DNA of 64,000 nucleotides from NCBI GenBank assembly GCA_019416285.1, contig DXXM01000012.1, positions 12,360-76,359 on the forward strand, read 5' to 3'. Of the stretch, positions 1-11,934 are shown in pieces. Position 1 is the first letter of the stretch; each line of letters opens with the position of its first letter. The notes under the pieces are model-generated. The model worked only from the letters and a program-made list of their open reading frames with translations, was not told the DNA's origin and ran no database searches. This stretch comes from Bacteroidales bacterium (GTDB taxonomy: Bacteria; Bacteroidota; Bacteroidia; Bacteroidales; Muribaculaceae). The translations under genes were made by a program, and so were the position numbers.

Positions 1-744
1 GCGCAGCAGGGGGGAGACGGCGCAGAAGGCTCCGAATGAGGCACAGGCTTTGCCGAAGGTGCCCATCACGACGTCGACGTCGCCGAAACAGCCGCTTTCC
101 AAAGCGAGGCCGAGCCCCTGCGGGCCCTCGACGCCGAAAGCGTGGGCCTCGTCGACATAAAGGAGGGCGTTGGGCCAGTGCCTTTTGATTTCGGCAAGCC
201 TCCTGATGTCGGCGCGGTCGCCGTCCATGCTGTAGACGCTTTCCACCACAATCAGCACGCGGTCATGGGCCGCGGCCTCCTTAGCGAGAATCTTTTCGAG
301 ATGGTCCAGGTCGTTGTGGCGGAAGCGGGTGAAGGGGGCTTTGGAGAGGGTGATGCCGTCGATAATGCTTGCGTGGACCAGACGGTCGGCCACGATGAGC
401 GTCCGGCCCGCGGCGAGAGCCTGCATCATGCCGGTGTTGGCGTGGTAGCCGCTGTTGAATAGCAGGCAGGGTCGGCCGTAGAGCCCGGCGAGGAGACTTT
501 CGAGACTGTTGTATTCCCGCTGGCGTCCGCTCAGGAGGCGCGAGGCCGATGAGGTCATGGGCAGTGGGGAGCGGGCCATGTCGGTGAAGAAGCGCTCCCG
601 GAGGTCGGCGCGGGAGGCAAGGCCGAGATAGTCGTTGGACGAGAGATCGACGAGCTCCGCGCCCGCCGGCGACTCCTCCGGAATCCGGCGGAAATTGCCT
701 TCGGCCCGGAGAGTGTCGAGTATGTCGGAGTATGAGGTGTTCAC
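1..744 (-). CDS. bioF: 8-amino-7-oxononanoate synthase (3' end outside window)
   Basis: Not in ORF track. Manual translation from a GTG overlapping the bioA stop: [21 protein letters not shown]...[11 protein letters not shown]...YVDEAHA...GTFGKA (PLP Lys motif). Directly follows bioA. Confidence 0.92.
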   Translation of the reverse strand, partial: MNTSYSDILDTLRAEGNFRRIPEESPAGAELVDLSSNDYLGLASRADLRERFFTDMARSPLPMTSSASRLLSGRQREYNSLESLLAGLYGRPCLLFNSGYHANTGMMQALAAGRTLIVADRLVHASIIDGITLSKAPFTRFRHNDLDHLEKILAKEAAAHDRVLIVVESVYSMDGDRADIRRLAEIKRHWPNALLYVDEAHAFGVEGPQGLGLALESGCFGDVDVVMGTFGKACASFGAFCAVSPLLR

Positions 745-2063
745 TTGATGCAGCTGATCATGTTTTCGATAAGATATTTCAGGTCGCCGTCGGAAATAAC
801 GTAGGGGGGCATGATGTAGACGTTGCGGCCGAAGGGTCGCACCCAGATGCCGCGGTCAACGCAGCGCTTCTGAAACTCGCCCACGTCAACCGGCTCCTCC
901 ATCTCGATGACGCCTATCGCGCCGAGGACCCTGACATCCTTCACGCCGGGCACGAGGGCGGCGGCCGCGATGTGGCGGCGGATTACGGCCTCGATATGAG
1001 CGATGCGGCGCGCCATGTCGTTTTCCCTGAGCAGGGTGAGCGAGGCCACGGCCACGGCACACGCGAGAGGGTTGGCCATGAAGGTGGGACCGTGCATCAT
1101 CACACCGGCCTCGCCGCGCGATATGGTGTCGGCCACCTCGCGGGTGGTGAGCACGGCGCTCATGGTCATGTAGCCTCCGGTGAGACCCTTCCCCACACAC
1201 ATGATATCGGGCTCGACTCCGGCATGTTCCCAGGCAAAGCACTTGCCCGTGCGCCAGAATCCGGTGGCTATTTCATCGAAAATCAGATATATACCGGCCT
1301 CGTCGCAGAGACGGCGCGCCTGGCGGAGATATTCGGGATGGTAGAAGCGCATGCCTCCGGCCCCCTGCACGATGGGTTCGAGAATGAGGGCGGCGATTTC
1401 GTCCTTGTGCTCGCGGATTATGGCGGCGAGCGACTCGATGTCGGCCGGGTTCCAGCGTCCGTCGAAGGATGTCTCCGGCGCGGGTGCGAAGAAGCGGATG
1501 GGAAGGGCGGGGCCGAAAGCGCCGTGCATGCCGGTGACGGGGTCGCAGACGCTCATGGCGTTCCAGGTGTCGCCATGATAGCCGCTGCGGATGGTGACGA
1601 AATTGGTCTTGTTGTGGTCGCCGGAGCGGGAGATTGCGGCCTGGACAGCCATCTTCATGGCCACCTCCACGGCCACCGAGCCTGAATCGGCATAGAAGAT
1701 ATTGTGCATCGAGGGGGGCGCCATCTCGAGGAGGAGGCGTCCGAGCTCTATGGCAGGTTCGTGGGTGAGGCCGCCGAACATCACATGGCTCATCCTGGAA
1801 ATCTGACGCTCGACGGCGGCGTTCATCGCGGGATGGTTGTAGCCGTGGATGGCACACCACCATGATGACATGCCGTCGATGAGCTCGCGTCCGTCGGCCA
1901 GCCGCAGGCGCACGCCCCGGGCCGAGTCGACCTTATAGGTCGGCAGGGGATTGATGGTGGAAGTGTAAGGGTGCCAGAGGTGTTCGCGGTCAAAGCTGTC
2001 GTGAAGCAGGTCGCTCTCACCTATATTATATGTGGCTTTTTGTGTTTCGGTATCAGTGAACAT
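741..2063 (-). CDS. bioA: Adenosylmethionine-8-amino-7-oxononanoate aminotransferase
   Basis: [44 protein letters not shown] and HGPTFMANP motifs. Confidence 0.97.
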   Translation of the reverse strand: MFTDTETQKATYNIGESDLLHDSFDREHLWHPYTSTINPLPTYKVDSARGVRLRLADGRELIDGMSSWWCAIHGYNHPAMNAAVERQISRMSHVMFGGLTHEPAIELGRLLLEMAPPSMHNIFYADSGSVAVEVAMKMAVQAAISRSGDHNKTNFVTIRSGYHGDTWNAMSVCDPVTGMHGAFGPALPIRFFAPAPETSFDGRWNPADIESLAAIIREHKDEIAALILEPIVQGAGGMRFYHPEYLRQARRLCDEAGIYLIFDEIATGFWRTGKCFAWEHAGVEPDIMCVGKGLTGGYMTMSAVLTTREVADTISRGEAGVMMHGPTFMANPLACAVAVASLTLLRENDMARRIAHIEAVIRRHIAAAALVPGVKDVRVLGAIGVIEMEEPVDVGEFQKRCVDRGIWVRPFGRNVYIMPPYVISDGDLKYLIENMISCIK

Positions 2064-2089
2064 GGTTGAAATAATCGTAAAAGTCGGTG

Positions 2090-2097
2090 CAAAGTTA
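2090..2097 (-). promoter_or_regulatory. Bacteroidetes sigma-A -7 element for bioA
   Basis: TAACTTTG on the minus strand (TAnnTTTG consensus), 26 nt upstream of the bioA start. Confidence 0.6.
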
Positions 2098-2328
2098 CAT
2101 TTTTTTCGTGAGATAGCGAGCGCAATGCCGCGAGGGGTTCACAGGTCTCTCCCGCGGACTCCGGACACGGCATTTTGTCGGGAGGCCCACAAACTTTTCA
2201 GTTAAAAATATGTTTAATAAATGAAACCGTGACTGTCAGATGCTTATCAGCGACTATTTTTTCACGTCTCGACCATTTACGGAAATCATATTATCATCAA
2301 ATATCTAAAACTTTAAGTTCTCACGATT

Positions 2329-2880
2329 ATGAAAAAGTTTTTAATCATGGCAATCATGGCCATCATGACTTTAGGTGTCTCGGCACAGGAATCAAAGTGG
2401 TATGCAGGAGGTCAGCTCACATTCGGGCGCACCACCACCCAGATCAGCGGCGTCAGCCTCAAGAGCACTCAGATAGCCGTACTTCCTGAAATCGGATATA
2501 ATGTCACCGACAACTTCGCCCTCGGCGCAATCCTCGGCGTGGACTACAAAAAGACCGGCGACAGAAAGCTCACAACTTTCCAGATCAATCCATACGCCCG
2601 CGCCACATACTTCAAATCGAATATGGTGGACCTCTTCATTGACGGCGGCGTAGGTTTCGGCATCGGCCGTGCAAACGGACACACCGCAGTGACATATCAG
2701 ATCGGTCTGCGTCCCGGTGTGGCTCTCAATCTCAGCGAGAAATTCAGCCTCGTGGCTCATGTGGGCTTCCTCGGCTATCAGGGAGGCAACCGTCCCGCAA
2801 AGCATAACGGCGCTCCCGAAAACTGGGGCCTCGACCTGAACACCAACAACCTCATGTTCGGTTTCTACTATCACTTCTGA
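2329..2880 (+). CDS. Small outer-membrane beta-barrel protein
   Basis: Signal peptide (MKKFL...VSA-QES), amphipathic beta strands, C-terminal aromatic FYYHF. Confidence 0.85.
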   Translation: MKKFLIMAIMAIMTLGVSAQESKWYAGGQLTFGRTTTQISGVSLKSTQIAVLPEIGYNVTDNFALGAILGVDYKKTGDRKLTTFQINPYARATYFKSNMVDLFIDGGVGFGIGRANGHTAVTYQIGLRPGVALNLSEKFSLVAHVGFLGYQGGNRPAKHNGAPENWGLDLNTNNLMFGFYYHF

Positions 2881-2933
2881 TTCCGGCAACATCAGGCTAT
2901 AAACGACACAAAGAATCTATTTCTATAAGGAGC

Positions 2934-2967
2934 GAGAGAGCCATCGCCGCGCGGCGACGGCTCTCTC
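2934..2967 (+). terminator. Stem-loop after OMP gene
   Basis: GAGAGAGCCATCGCCGC/GCGGCGACGGCTCTCTC near-perfect inverted repeat; U-tract weak. Confidence 0.55.
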
Positions 2968-3098
2968 TCAACATTTCTCCGCCGAAACTGCGTTTTTTGT
3001 GTGGAAATGAGTTAAGTAACTCTTAAAAATTACTTATATTTGCAACTGATATAATTATCAAAAACATATTCATCACAACAAAAAACACAGTTTCTGCT

Positions 3099-3746
3099 AT
3101 GAAGAAGATTATTACTGCAATTCTCGGCCTGGCGATGGCGCTGGGCGCATCGGCACAGGTGTCTTTCTGGGACAGCGGCAAACCCGCCGAGAAGGTGTCA
3201 TTCGGAGTGCGTGCCGGCATGAATATCTCTGAAATCAACGTTGACGGAACGGATACGAAATTCGGCTTTTTCGGCGGCATCGGCACCGATTTCAACATAG
3301 TCAACAGCTTCTCCATCAACTCGGGCCTTTTCTTCACTCAGAAAGGTGGCAAGATTAAGATGCGTATGGATGTCGAGCAGCCTGTCAGCGCAAAACTCCG
3401 CATGACCGTAAACTTCATCGAAATTCCTGTCTATGCCTCTTACCGCCTGCGCTTCAACGACTCACACATGTCGCAGATTTTCTTCGGCCCATACTTCGAT
3501 TTCGGAGTCTACGGCAAGGCCACGGCCGAGGTGAAGGCCGCCGGAGATAAGGAGAGCGCTTCCGAAGGACTGTTCAATGACGAGAACGGTTACCGCCGCT
3601 TCCAGTGCGGCCTCGGTATCGGCATAGCCCACACATGGAAGAGATTTTCGGTCGGACTCTCGTTTCAGGGAGGTCTGACTGACGTGGCCGACGATTTTGA
3701 CGCCGAGTGGAACAATTTCAACGTCTCCATCGGCTATAATTTCTGA
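3099..3746 (+). CDS. Outer-membrane beta-barrel (porin-family / OMP_b-brl_2-like) protein
   Basis: Signal peptide, FGVRAGMN, IEIPVYASY, C-terminal SIGYNF; TATATTTG -7 box at 3035-3042. Confidence 0.85.
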   Translation: MKKIITAILGLAMALGASAQVSFWDSGKPAEKVSFGVRAGMNISEINVDGTDTKFGFFGGIGTDFNIVNSFSINSGLFFTQKGGKIKMRMDVEQPVSAKLRMTVNFIEIPVYASYRLRFNDSHMSQIFFGPYFDFGVYGKATAEVKAAGDKESASEGLFNDENGYRRFQCGLGIGIAHTWKRFSVGLSFQGGLTDVADDFDAEWNNFNVSIGYNF

Positions 3747-3808
3747 GCCACCAATGAGGCATTTGTGACCACAGTCTGAGTGCCGCCGCAGCGCCGCTTA
3801 CAGCATCT

Positions 3809-3853
3809 GACGCAGGGCCTGCTCCACGGGAGTTGGCTCTGCGGTCGTTTTTT
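3809..3853 (+). terminator. Probable intrinsic terminator
   Basis: GACGCAGGGCC...GGCTCTGCGGTC imperfect stem followed by a T run. Confidence 0.55.
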
Positions 3854-3932
3854 GTCGGCTATATTTCGTGTGGGAGTGTATTTTGTTTGAAAACAGAATC
3901 AGAAATTTGGGCGAATTTCGGAAAAATTTCAG

Positions 3933-3940
3933 TATATTTG
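3933..3940 (+). promoter_or_regulatory. -7 promoter element for the nuo/atp cluster
   Basis: TATATTTG about 100 nt upstream of nuoA, with TTTG at 3906-3909. Confidence 0.6.
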
Positions 3941-4039
3941 CACTGCGTTTTATGCCCCCTGCGCCCAAGCGGGCGACTGAAGGCGTCTAACTCCATGATA
4001 CACAGTTTACTGGCAACAAAAAACAGTATTTGATACAAT

Positions 4040-4408
4040 ATGATAGCATTGGCAATTCAAAATGCGACTTTGGCCGTGGTTGCGCTCCTGACAGGTGTCG
4101 CTCTCGTGGCCATAGCGTTATGGCTTGCGGGTCTTATCTCACCCCGCTCGTTTAATCCCCAGAAAGGCGAGGCCTATGAGTGCGGTATCCCGACACGAGG
4201 CGAGTCAATGGCACAGTTCAAGGTAGGCTACTATCTTTTCGCCATCCTCTTCCTGATGTTCGATGTCGAAACCGTGTTTCTTTATCCCTGGGCAGTGCGT
4301 GTGCATGAACTCGGGACATCCGGCCTTACAGCCATAGCGGTCTTTTTTGGAATCATAGTGCTGGGTCTCGTATATGCCTGGCGGAAAGGAGCTCTCGAAT
4401 GGAAGTAA
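4040..4408 (+). CDS. nuoA: NADH-quinone oxidoreductase subunit A
   Basis: YECG, FLMFDVET...YPWA, WRKGALEW. Confidence 0.96.
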   Translation: MIALAIQNATLAVVALLTGVALVAIALWLAGLISPRSFNPQKGEAYECGIPTRGESMAQFKVGYYLFAILFLMFDVETVFLYPWAVRVHELGTSGLTAIAVFFGIIVLGLVYAWRKGALEWK

Positions 4409-5007
4409 CAACCAAAGGCATGCCCTACGAGGCGTGGAAAGACAATGAATACATCGAGCAGCTCGTGAAGCAGCTCCAGGAGAGCGGCACCAATGTGGTG
4501 GTCGGTTCTCTTGACAAACTTATCAACTGGGGGCGTTCCAACTCAATCTGGCCGCTCACCTTCGCCACCAGTTGCTGCGGCATCGAATTCGTGTCGCTCG
4601 GAGCAGCGCGCTATGACATGGCGCGATTCGGCTGGGAAGTAGCCCGCGCCTCCCCGCGTCAGGCCGACTTCATGATGGTGGCCGGAACTATCGTACACCG
4701 CATGGTTCCCGTGTTCCGCCGTCTCTACGACCAGCTGGCCGAGCCGAAATATGTGATTGCCTGCGGAAGCTGCGCAATCTCCGGCGGTCCCTTCAAGAAG
4801 AGCTACCATGTGGCTATGGGTATCGAGGATATTGTCCCGGTCGATGTGTTTGTGCCCGGCTGTCCTCCCCGTCCCGAGGCCATGATCTACGGCATCATGC
4901 AGCTCTCGCGCAAAATCAAGGTCGAGAAGTTCTTCGGCGGCGTCAACCGTCAGGAGAAGCAGGAGGAATTCCTCAAGGCTCATCCGATTCCCGGCGTAAA
5001 CGACTGA
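4399..5007 (+). CDS. nuoB: NADH-quinone oxidoreductase subunit B
   Basis: TSCCGIE tandem Cys, SPRQAD, GSCA, PGCPPRPE. Confidence 0.97.
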   Translation: MEVTTKGMPYEAWKDNEYIEQLVKQLQESGTNVVVGSLDKLINWGRSNSIWPLTFATSCCGIEFVSLGAARYDMARFGWEVARASPRQADFMMVAGTIVHRMVPVFRRLYDQLAEPKYVIACGSCAISGGPFKKSYHVAMGIEDIVPVDVFVPGCPPRPEAMIYGIMQLSRKIKVEKFFGGVNRQEKQEEFLKAHPIPGVND

Positions 5008-5094
5008 AACGCCGCCTCCGGCACGACCGGGATTATCACCCCTCACCATCATTATCACAATAAAGAATAACGTTCATACACCTTATTATATATT

Positions 5095-6729
5095 ATGTCC
5101 AACATCCGGGAAAAGATTTCAACCGTGTTGCCTGACGCCGTCATCGAAGATGGCGATATCATGCAGGTGACTGTCCCCGACGCAAAGTGGCATGACTTCG
5201 CCAAGACCCTCCGCGACGACAGCGAGCTCGCATTTGACTTCCTTGTGACCATTGTCGGTATGGACTGGAAGGAAAACGGCATGGGCTGTATCTATTATCT
5301 CGCATCGACCCGCCACAACGAGCGCATATCCGTGAAAGTTATGGCCACAGGTGACCGCGAGCGTCCGTTTATCCACTCCATCCACGACCTCTGGGCCATC
5401 GCAACGGTGTTCGAGCGCGAGGTCTACGACTTCTTCGGTATAATCTTCATCAACAATCCCGATATGCGCCGCCTCTTCCTCAATCTCGACTGGAAGGGAT
5501 TCCCGCTGCGCAAGGACTACAATGAGGACCCCGACATCAACCCCGTGTCGATTGAAAACGAGCGTCAGACCGACTTCACCGACGTCTGGACCGAAACCCC
5601 CGACGGCAAAATCGAGAAGCATGAACGCCGCATATTCCAGCCCGACGACTTCGTGGTCAACATCGGCCCGCAGCACCCCGCAACCCACGGTGTGCTCCGC
5701 TTCCGCACCGCGGTCGACGGCGAGATTATCAAGAAAATCGACATCTATCTCGGCTATATCCACCGCGGCGTGGAGAAAATCTGCGAGAAGGACACCTATC
5801 CGCAGACCCTCCACTTTATGGACCGTCTCGACTACTTCTCGGCACATCCCTATCACCACTGCCTCTGCATGCTCATCGAGGAGGCCGCCGGCATACAGAT
5901 TTCACGCCGCGCCCAGGTGATCCGTGTGCTCATGGACGAGCTCTCGCGCATCGCCTCACACTGTCTCTTCATCGGCACATACTGCATGGACCTCGGTGCG
6001 ACTACCATGCTCTTCTACACCCTGCGTGTCCGCGAGCAGATTCTCGACATCATGGAGAGAACATGCGGCGCTCGCATGACCTTCAACTACGACTGCATCG
6101 GCGGAGTGATGCAGGATCTCCATCCCGACTTCGTGAAGGATGTGCATGCCCTGCTCGACGTGCTCCCCGCCAATATCAAGGAATACAACAAGATTTTCAC
6201 CGGCAACGTAATCGCCAAAAACCGTATGGAGAACGTCGGAGTCCTCACCCGCGAGGATGCCATCTCCTGGTCGGTCACCGGACCCAACGGCCGCGGTTCA
6301 GGCTGGGCCTGCGACGTGCGCAAGTGTGTGCCCTACAGCATCTATCCCGAGCTTGAGTTCGACGAAATCGTCCGCGAGGAAGGCGACTCGATGGCCCGCT
6401 TCAAGGTGCGCATGGACGAGATGGTGCAGAGCGCGCGCATAATCGCCCAGCTCATCGACAACATTCCCGAAGGCGACTACTGCGTGAAGGTGCCCAAGGT
6501 GCTCAAACTCCCCGTAGGCCACTGGTTCAAGATGGTGGAGGGGTGTCGCGGCACATTCGGCATCTATCTCGAGAGCGACGGTTCGACAATGCCTTACCGT
6601 CTGAAAATCGCTCCTCCCTGTCTGCCCGCCGCAGCTGTGGTCGACCACATCACCGACGGCCAGAAGATTGCCGACCTTATCACAATCGGCGGTTCGCTTG
6701 ACTACATTGTCCCCGACATCGACCGTTAA
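5095..6729 (+). CDS. nuoCD: Fused NADH-quinone oxidoreductase subunit C/D
   Basis: EREVYDFFG...FPLRKD (NuoC) followed by NIGPQHPATHGVLR, GYIHRGVEK and C-terminal DIDR (NuoD). Confidence 0.96.
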   Translation: MSNIREKISTVLPDAVIEDGDIMQVTVPDAKWHDFAKTLRDDSELAFDFLVTIVGMDWKENGMGCIYYLASTRHNERISVKVMATGDRERPFIHSIHDLWAIATVFEREVYDFFGIIFINNPDMRRLFLNLDWKGFPLRKDYNEDPDINPVSIENERQTDFTDVWTETPDGKIEKHERRIFQPDDFVVNIGPQHPATHGVLRFRTAVDGEIIKKIDIYLGYIHRGVEKICEKDTYPQTLHFMDRLDYFSAHPYHHCLCMLIEEAAGIQISRRAQVIRVLMDELSRIASHCLFIGTYCMDLGATTMLFYTLRVREQILDIMERTCGARMTFNYDCIGGVMQDLHPDFVKDVHALLDVLPANIKEYNKIFTGNVIAKNRMENVGVLTREDAISWSVTGPNGRGSGWACDVRKCVPYSIYPELEFDEIVREEGDSMARFKVRMDEMVQSARIIAQLIDNIPEGDYCVKVPKVLKLPVGHWFKMVEGCRGTFGIYLESDGSTMPYRLKIAPPCLPAAAVVDHITDGQKIADLITIGGSLDYIVPDIDR

Positions 6730-6821
6730 GCCCCCCGATTCCCCCATACCAATCCCTGCAATGGATTATTTCCCAGAGTGAACTAACACAGAGAGAATAA
6801 AAAGTAATTTCAATAGACATT

Positions 6822-7898
6822 ATGCAAGACCTATCAGTCGGAACCGCATGGCTTCACTCCTTCCTCACTGACTATATCCCCGAATGGGCGGCAGTCACTC
6901 TCGAGTGTCTGCTCGTCGGAGTTGGCCTGATGCTGCTTTACGCAGTGCTCGCGCTGTTCTATATCCTCTTCGAGCGCAAGGTGTGTGCCTATTTCCAGTG
7001 TCGTCTCGGCCCGAACCGCGTCGGCCCCTGGGGATTGCTGCAGAGTATCGCCGACATGTTCAAGATTCTTATCAAGGAGCTTATCTCGCTCAACCATGTC
7101 GACAAATTCCTCTTCGCCCTCGCTCCCTATCTCGTGATTATCGCCTCCATGCTCGCCTTCGCGGTGCTTCCCTGGGGCAATGGTTTGCAGATTATCGACT
7201 TCAATGTCGGCATCTTCTTCCTGCTCGCCGTCTCCTCCATCGGAGTGCTCGGTATCCTTCTGGCAGGATGGTCGTCAAACAATAAGTTCACACTCATAGG
7301 CGCCCTCCGTTCAGGCGCGCAGATGGTCAGCTATGAACTTTCGATGGGCCTCTGCGTTGTAACAATGGTCGTGATGGCCGGCACAATGTCGGTAGGCGGC
7401 ATCGTTGAAGCGCAGAATCATCTCTGGTTCATCTTCTCGGGCCACATTCCGGCAATCATCGCTTTCGTGATTTTCATGATTGCAGGCACTGCCGAGACCA
7501 ACCGCGGCCCGTTTGACCTTCCTGAAGCCGAGAGCGAGCTGACGGCAGGTTACCACACGGAGTATTCCGGTATCCACTTCGGATTCTTCTACCTCGCCGA
7601 ATATCTTAACCTCTTCATCGTGTCGGGTGTGGCCGCCCTCCTTTTCTTCGGCGGCTGGATGCCTCTCCACATTCCCGGCTGGGACGGCTTCAACGCCATC
7701 ATGGACTTCATTCCCTCGGTGGTATGGTTCATCGGCAAGGCGATTGTCCTCTCATTTATCATCATCTGGTTCAAGTGGACCTTCCCCCGTCTGCGTATCG
7801 ACCAGCTTCTCTCGCTGGAATGGAAATATCTTCTCCCCATCAACCTCTTCAACCTCGTGCTCATGGTCATCGTGGTGACTTTCGGGCTCTATCTCTAA
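6822..7898 (+). CDS. nuoH: NADH-quinone oxidoreductase subunit H
   Basis: ERK...[38 protein letters not shown]. Confidence 0.97.
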   Translation: MQDLSVGTAWLHSFLTDYIPEWAAVTLECLLVGVGLMLLYAVLALFYILFERKVCAYFQCRLGPNRVGPWGLLQSIADMFKILIKELISLNHVDKFLFALAPYLVIIASMLAFAVLPWGNGLQIIDFNVGIFFLLAVSSIGVLGILLAGWSSNNKFTLIGALRSGAQMVSYELSMGLCVVTMVVMAGTMSVGGIVEAQNHLWFIFSGHIPAIIAFVIFMIAGTAETNRGPFDLPEAESELTAGYHTEYSGIHFGFFYLAEYLNLFIVSGVAALLFFGGWMPLHIPGWDGFNAIMDFIPSVVWFIGKAIVLSFIIIWFKWTFPRLRIDQLLSLEWKYLLPINLFNLVLMVIVVTFGLYL

Positions 7899-7975
7899 AA
7901 TAAATTTCCTCAAACTCTAACCCCCATACCACGCAGCTCTGACCTCCCGGGCCGGCTGCATGTCTAAAAACCTAA

Positions 7976-9487
<1,512 letters not shown>

Positions 9488-9553
9488 ATTCCGGCGCCAT
9501 CCGTCAGGAAGTAAGTTTTCTAAAATTCTCTCACACTCATCAGCAGACAAAGC

Positions 9554-9790
9554 ATGATACTCAAAGTCATATCGGCCCAGGACATCGTCTTTCAGGGTGA
9601 AGTCAAAGTGGTGCACCTCCCGGGTGCCATGGGCGCTTTCACCGTATTGCCGGGCCACGCATCCCTGATTTCAACCCTTACGCCCGGCGATATCCGCTAC
9701 ACGGATGCTGCCGGCGAGGAACACAGAATCTCGGTGGCCGGCGGTATCGTCGACGTTGACTCAAATATCGTATCGGTCTGCATTTATTAA
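9554..9790 (+). CDS. atpC: F1 ATP synthase epsilon subunit (short form, beta-domain only)
   Basis: LPGAMGAFTVLPGHASLIS motif; follows atpD. Confidence 0.93.
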   Translation: MILKVISAQDIVFQGEVKVVHLPGAMGAFTVLPGHASLISTLTPGDIRYTDAAGEEHRISVAGGIVDVDSNIVSVCIY

Positions 9791-9803
9791 CCCCACGGTG
9801 ACG

Positions 9804-10982
9804 ATGAAAAGAAATATAATCACAGCGATAGTCCTGGCCATCATGTCGTTGGCCCTTCCCATGAGAGTGGCGGCAGCAGCGGAGGAAGCTCCGCTCGACT
9901 CTCTCGTCGAGAAGGACGCCAAGATTGACGCGCAGGGCATCATCTTCGACCACCTCGGCGACCGCTACGGCTGGGAGGTGCCTTTCAATCACCACAAATC
10001 GATTCCCCTTCCGGTGATTGTGTGGGGTTCCGACGGTCTGCATGTATTCTTGTCCTCGCGCATCGAACACGGCAAAGTCTACCGCGACGGCAACACCGAA
10101 TTTAAGGTGGCCGGAGCCGACAGCCCCCATAAGGGTAAAGTGGTCGAGATTGTCAACGGTCAGGAAATCAAGCCTGTCATCGACATCTCGATTACCAAAA
10201 ACGTCTGCGGCGTGTTCATCGCCGTGCTCCTGGTAATCTGGTGTATCCTCGATGTGGCCCGTTGGCACAAGGCGCAGGGCATGAAGGCTCCCCGCAGGAT
10301 GACCGGCGCAATCGAGTTTGTGATACTTTTCATCTACGACGGTGTCATAAAGCCCACCCTCAAGGAGAAGGCTCCGCGCTTCGCCCCCTATCTGCTGACG
10401 GTGTTCTTCTTCATCCTCGTGATGAACCTGCTCGGCCTCATCGTGATATTCCCCGGCGGCGCCAACCTGACGGGCAACATCGCAGTGACCCTCGTGCTCG
10501 CGCTCCTTACCTTCTTCATCACAAACCTCTGCGCGACTAAACACTACTGGAAGGAAATCTTCAACCCCGACGTACCCTGGTGGCTCAAATGGCCGATTCC
10601 GATTATGCCCGTCATCGAGCTTTTCGGTATCTTCACCAAGCCCGCGGCCCTCACCGTCCGTCTCTTCGCCAACATGATGGGCGGCCACATGATTGTGATT
10701 GTGCTCACGCTCCTCATCTTCATCTTCGCGGCGATGGGACCGGCCGTCACCGGCGCCACTGCGGTGGTCAGCATAATCTTCTCGGTGTTCATGCTCCTGA
10801 TTGACGTGCTCGTCAGCTTCATCCAGGCCTACGTGTTCACCATGCTCTCCACTCTCTTCATCGCTCTCGGCCAGGAAGAGGGCCACGGCGAACACAAGAA
10901 GGACAAGGACTCCAAGGATGCTCCCGCCGAGCTCCACGCCGCTCCCGCTCCCGCTCAGAAAACAACAACCAACCCAGCATAA
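9804..10982 (+). CDS. atpB: Fo ATP synthase subunit a
   Basis: KPAALTVRLFANMMGGH, FIQAYVF; start moved to ATG 9804 (MKRNII, signal-like), after the atpC stop. Confidence 0.96.
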   Translation: MKRNIITAIVLAIMSLALPMRVAAAAEEAPLDSLVEKDAKIDAQGIIFDHLGDRYGWEVPFNHHKSIPLPVIVWGSDGLHVFLSSRIEHGKVYRDGNTEFKVAGADSPHKGKVVEIVNGQEIKPVIDISITKNVCGVFIAVLLVIWCILDVARWHKAQGMKAPRRMTGAIEFVILFIYDGVIKPTLKEKAPRFAPYLLTVFFFILVMNLLGLIVIFPGGANLTGNIAVTLVLALLTFFITNLCATKHYWKEIFNPDVPWWLKWPIPIMPVIELFGIFTKPAALTVRLFANMMGGHMIVIVLTLLIFIFAAMGPAVTGATAVVSIIFSVFMLLIDVLVSFIQAYVFTMLSTLFIALGQEEGHGEHKKDKDSKDAPAELHAAPAPAQKTTTNPA

Positions 10983-11020
10983 ACTAAAAAAATACATAAA
11001 CCCTTTAATCTCCCACAATT

Positions 11021-11269
11021 ATGTTAGCAATGATTTTAGCAGCTATCGAAGGAACCCTCGGCATCGGTGTATGTATCGGTGCAGCAATCGCAGCAATTGG
11101 CGCCGGTATCGGCATCGGTAAAATCGGTGGCTCGGCCATGGAAGCTATCGCACGTCAGCCCGAATCCACCGGCGACATCCGCAGTAACATGATCGTAATC
11201 GCCGCCCTTATCGAAGGTGTGGCCCTCTTTGCTGTAATCGTTTGTATCCTCGCAATGTTTGTGGGCTAA
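11021..11269 (+). CDS. atpE: Fo ATP synthase subunit c (H+-type signature)
   Basis: GAGIGIG, ARQPE, ALIEG; lacks the P-x3-Q and ES/ET residues of Na+-binding c subunits. Confidence 0.97.
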   Translation: MLAMILAAIEGTLGIGVCIGAAIAAIGAGIGIGKIGGSAMEAIARQPESTGDIRSNMIVIAALIEGVALFAVIVCILAMFVG

Positions 11270-11292
11270 TCCAAACTTCAATTTTTTGAAAG

Positions 11293-11790
11293 ATGGAACT
11301 TTTCACGCCTGATTTCGGTCTGGTATTCTGGATGTTCGTGTCATTCGCCATCCTCTTCTTCATTCTGTGGAAGTGGGGCTGGCCGGTGATCATGAAGGGA
11401 GTGTCTGACCGAGCCGACCTCATCGACAAAGGTGTGGAGTATGCTCAAAATGCCAAACAACAGCTTGACCATGCCCGCGAAGAGGCGGATAAATACATAG
11501 CCGACGCACGTCGCCAGCAGGCCGACATGCTGCGCGAGGCCGACAAGATGAAATCGCAGATCATCGAGGAAGCCCGCTCCGCAGCCCAGACCGAGGCCAA
11601 AAAGGTGATGGACGCCGCCAAGGTCTCTATCGAACAGGAACGCAAACAGGCCGAACAGCAGTTCCGCAACGAGGTCTCTTCTTTCGCTCTCGACATCGCC
11701 CAGAAGGTGGTGCGCAACCAGATGAAAGACGAGAAAGCTCAGGAACAGCTCGTCAGCTCCCTGCTCGACGAGATGGAGAAACAGAACTGA
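11293..11790 (+). CDS. atpF: Fo ATP synthase subunit b
   Basis: PDFGLVFW N-terminal TM, then charged coiled coil. Confidence 0.95.
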   Translation: MELFTPDFGLVFWMFVSFAILFFILWKWGWPVIMKGVSDRADLIDKGVEYAQNAKQQLDHAREEADKYIADARRQQADMLREADKMKSQIIEEARSAAQTEAKKVMDAAKVSIEQERKQAEQQFRNEVSSFALDIAQKVVRNQMKDEKAQEQLVSSLLDEMEKQN

Positions 11791-11934
11791 CCCCTGCCGC
11801 CGGCGCCTCGCCCCCCCGGGCGGTGAAGGCGCCGACCGGCGGAGTCGATTTGCAGCTGTCTCCATCTATTCTCTCTCTTTCCGACTCAATTAAAACTAAG
11901 ATTACTTATCCTCTAAGGCTCTCATCTCCACGCA

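Noticed and set aside
732..1685. Long antisense or alternate-frame ORFs (also 9678-11018, 17546-18793, 45231-46199, 46338-47369 and others)
   Set aside because: Shadows of real genes caused by GC-rich codon bias; no recognisable motifs.
9554..9790. Truncated atpC pseudogene
   Set aside because: A short epsilon lacking the C-terminal helices is typical of Bacteroidetes.
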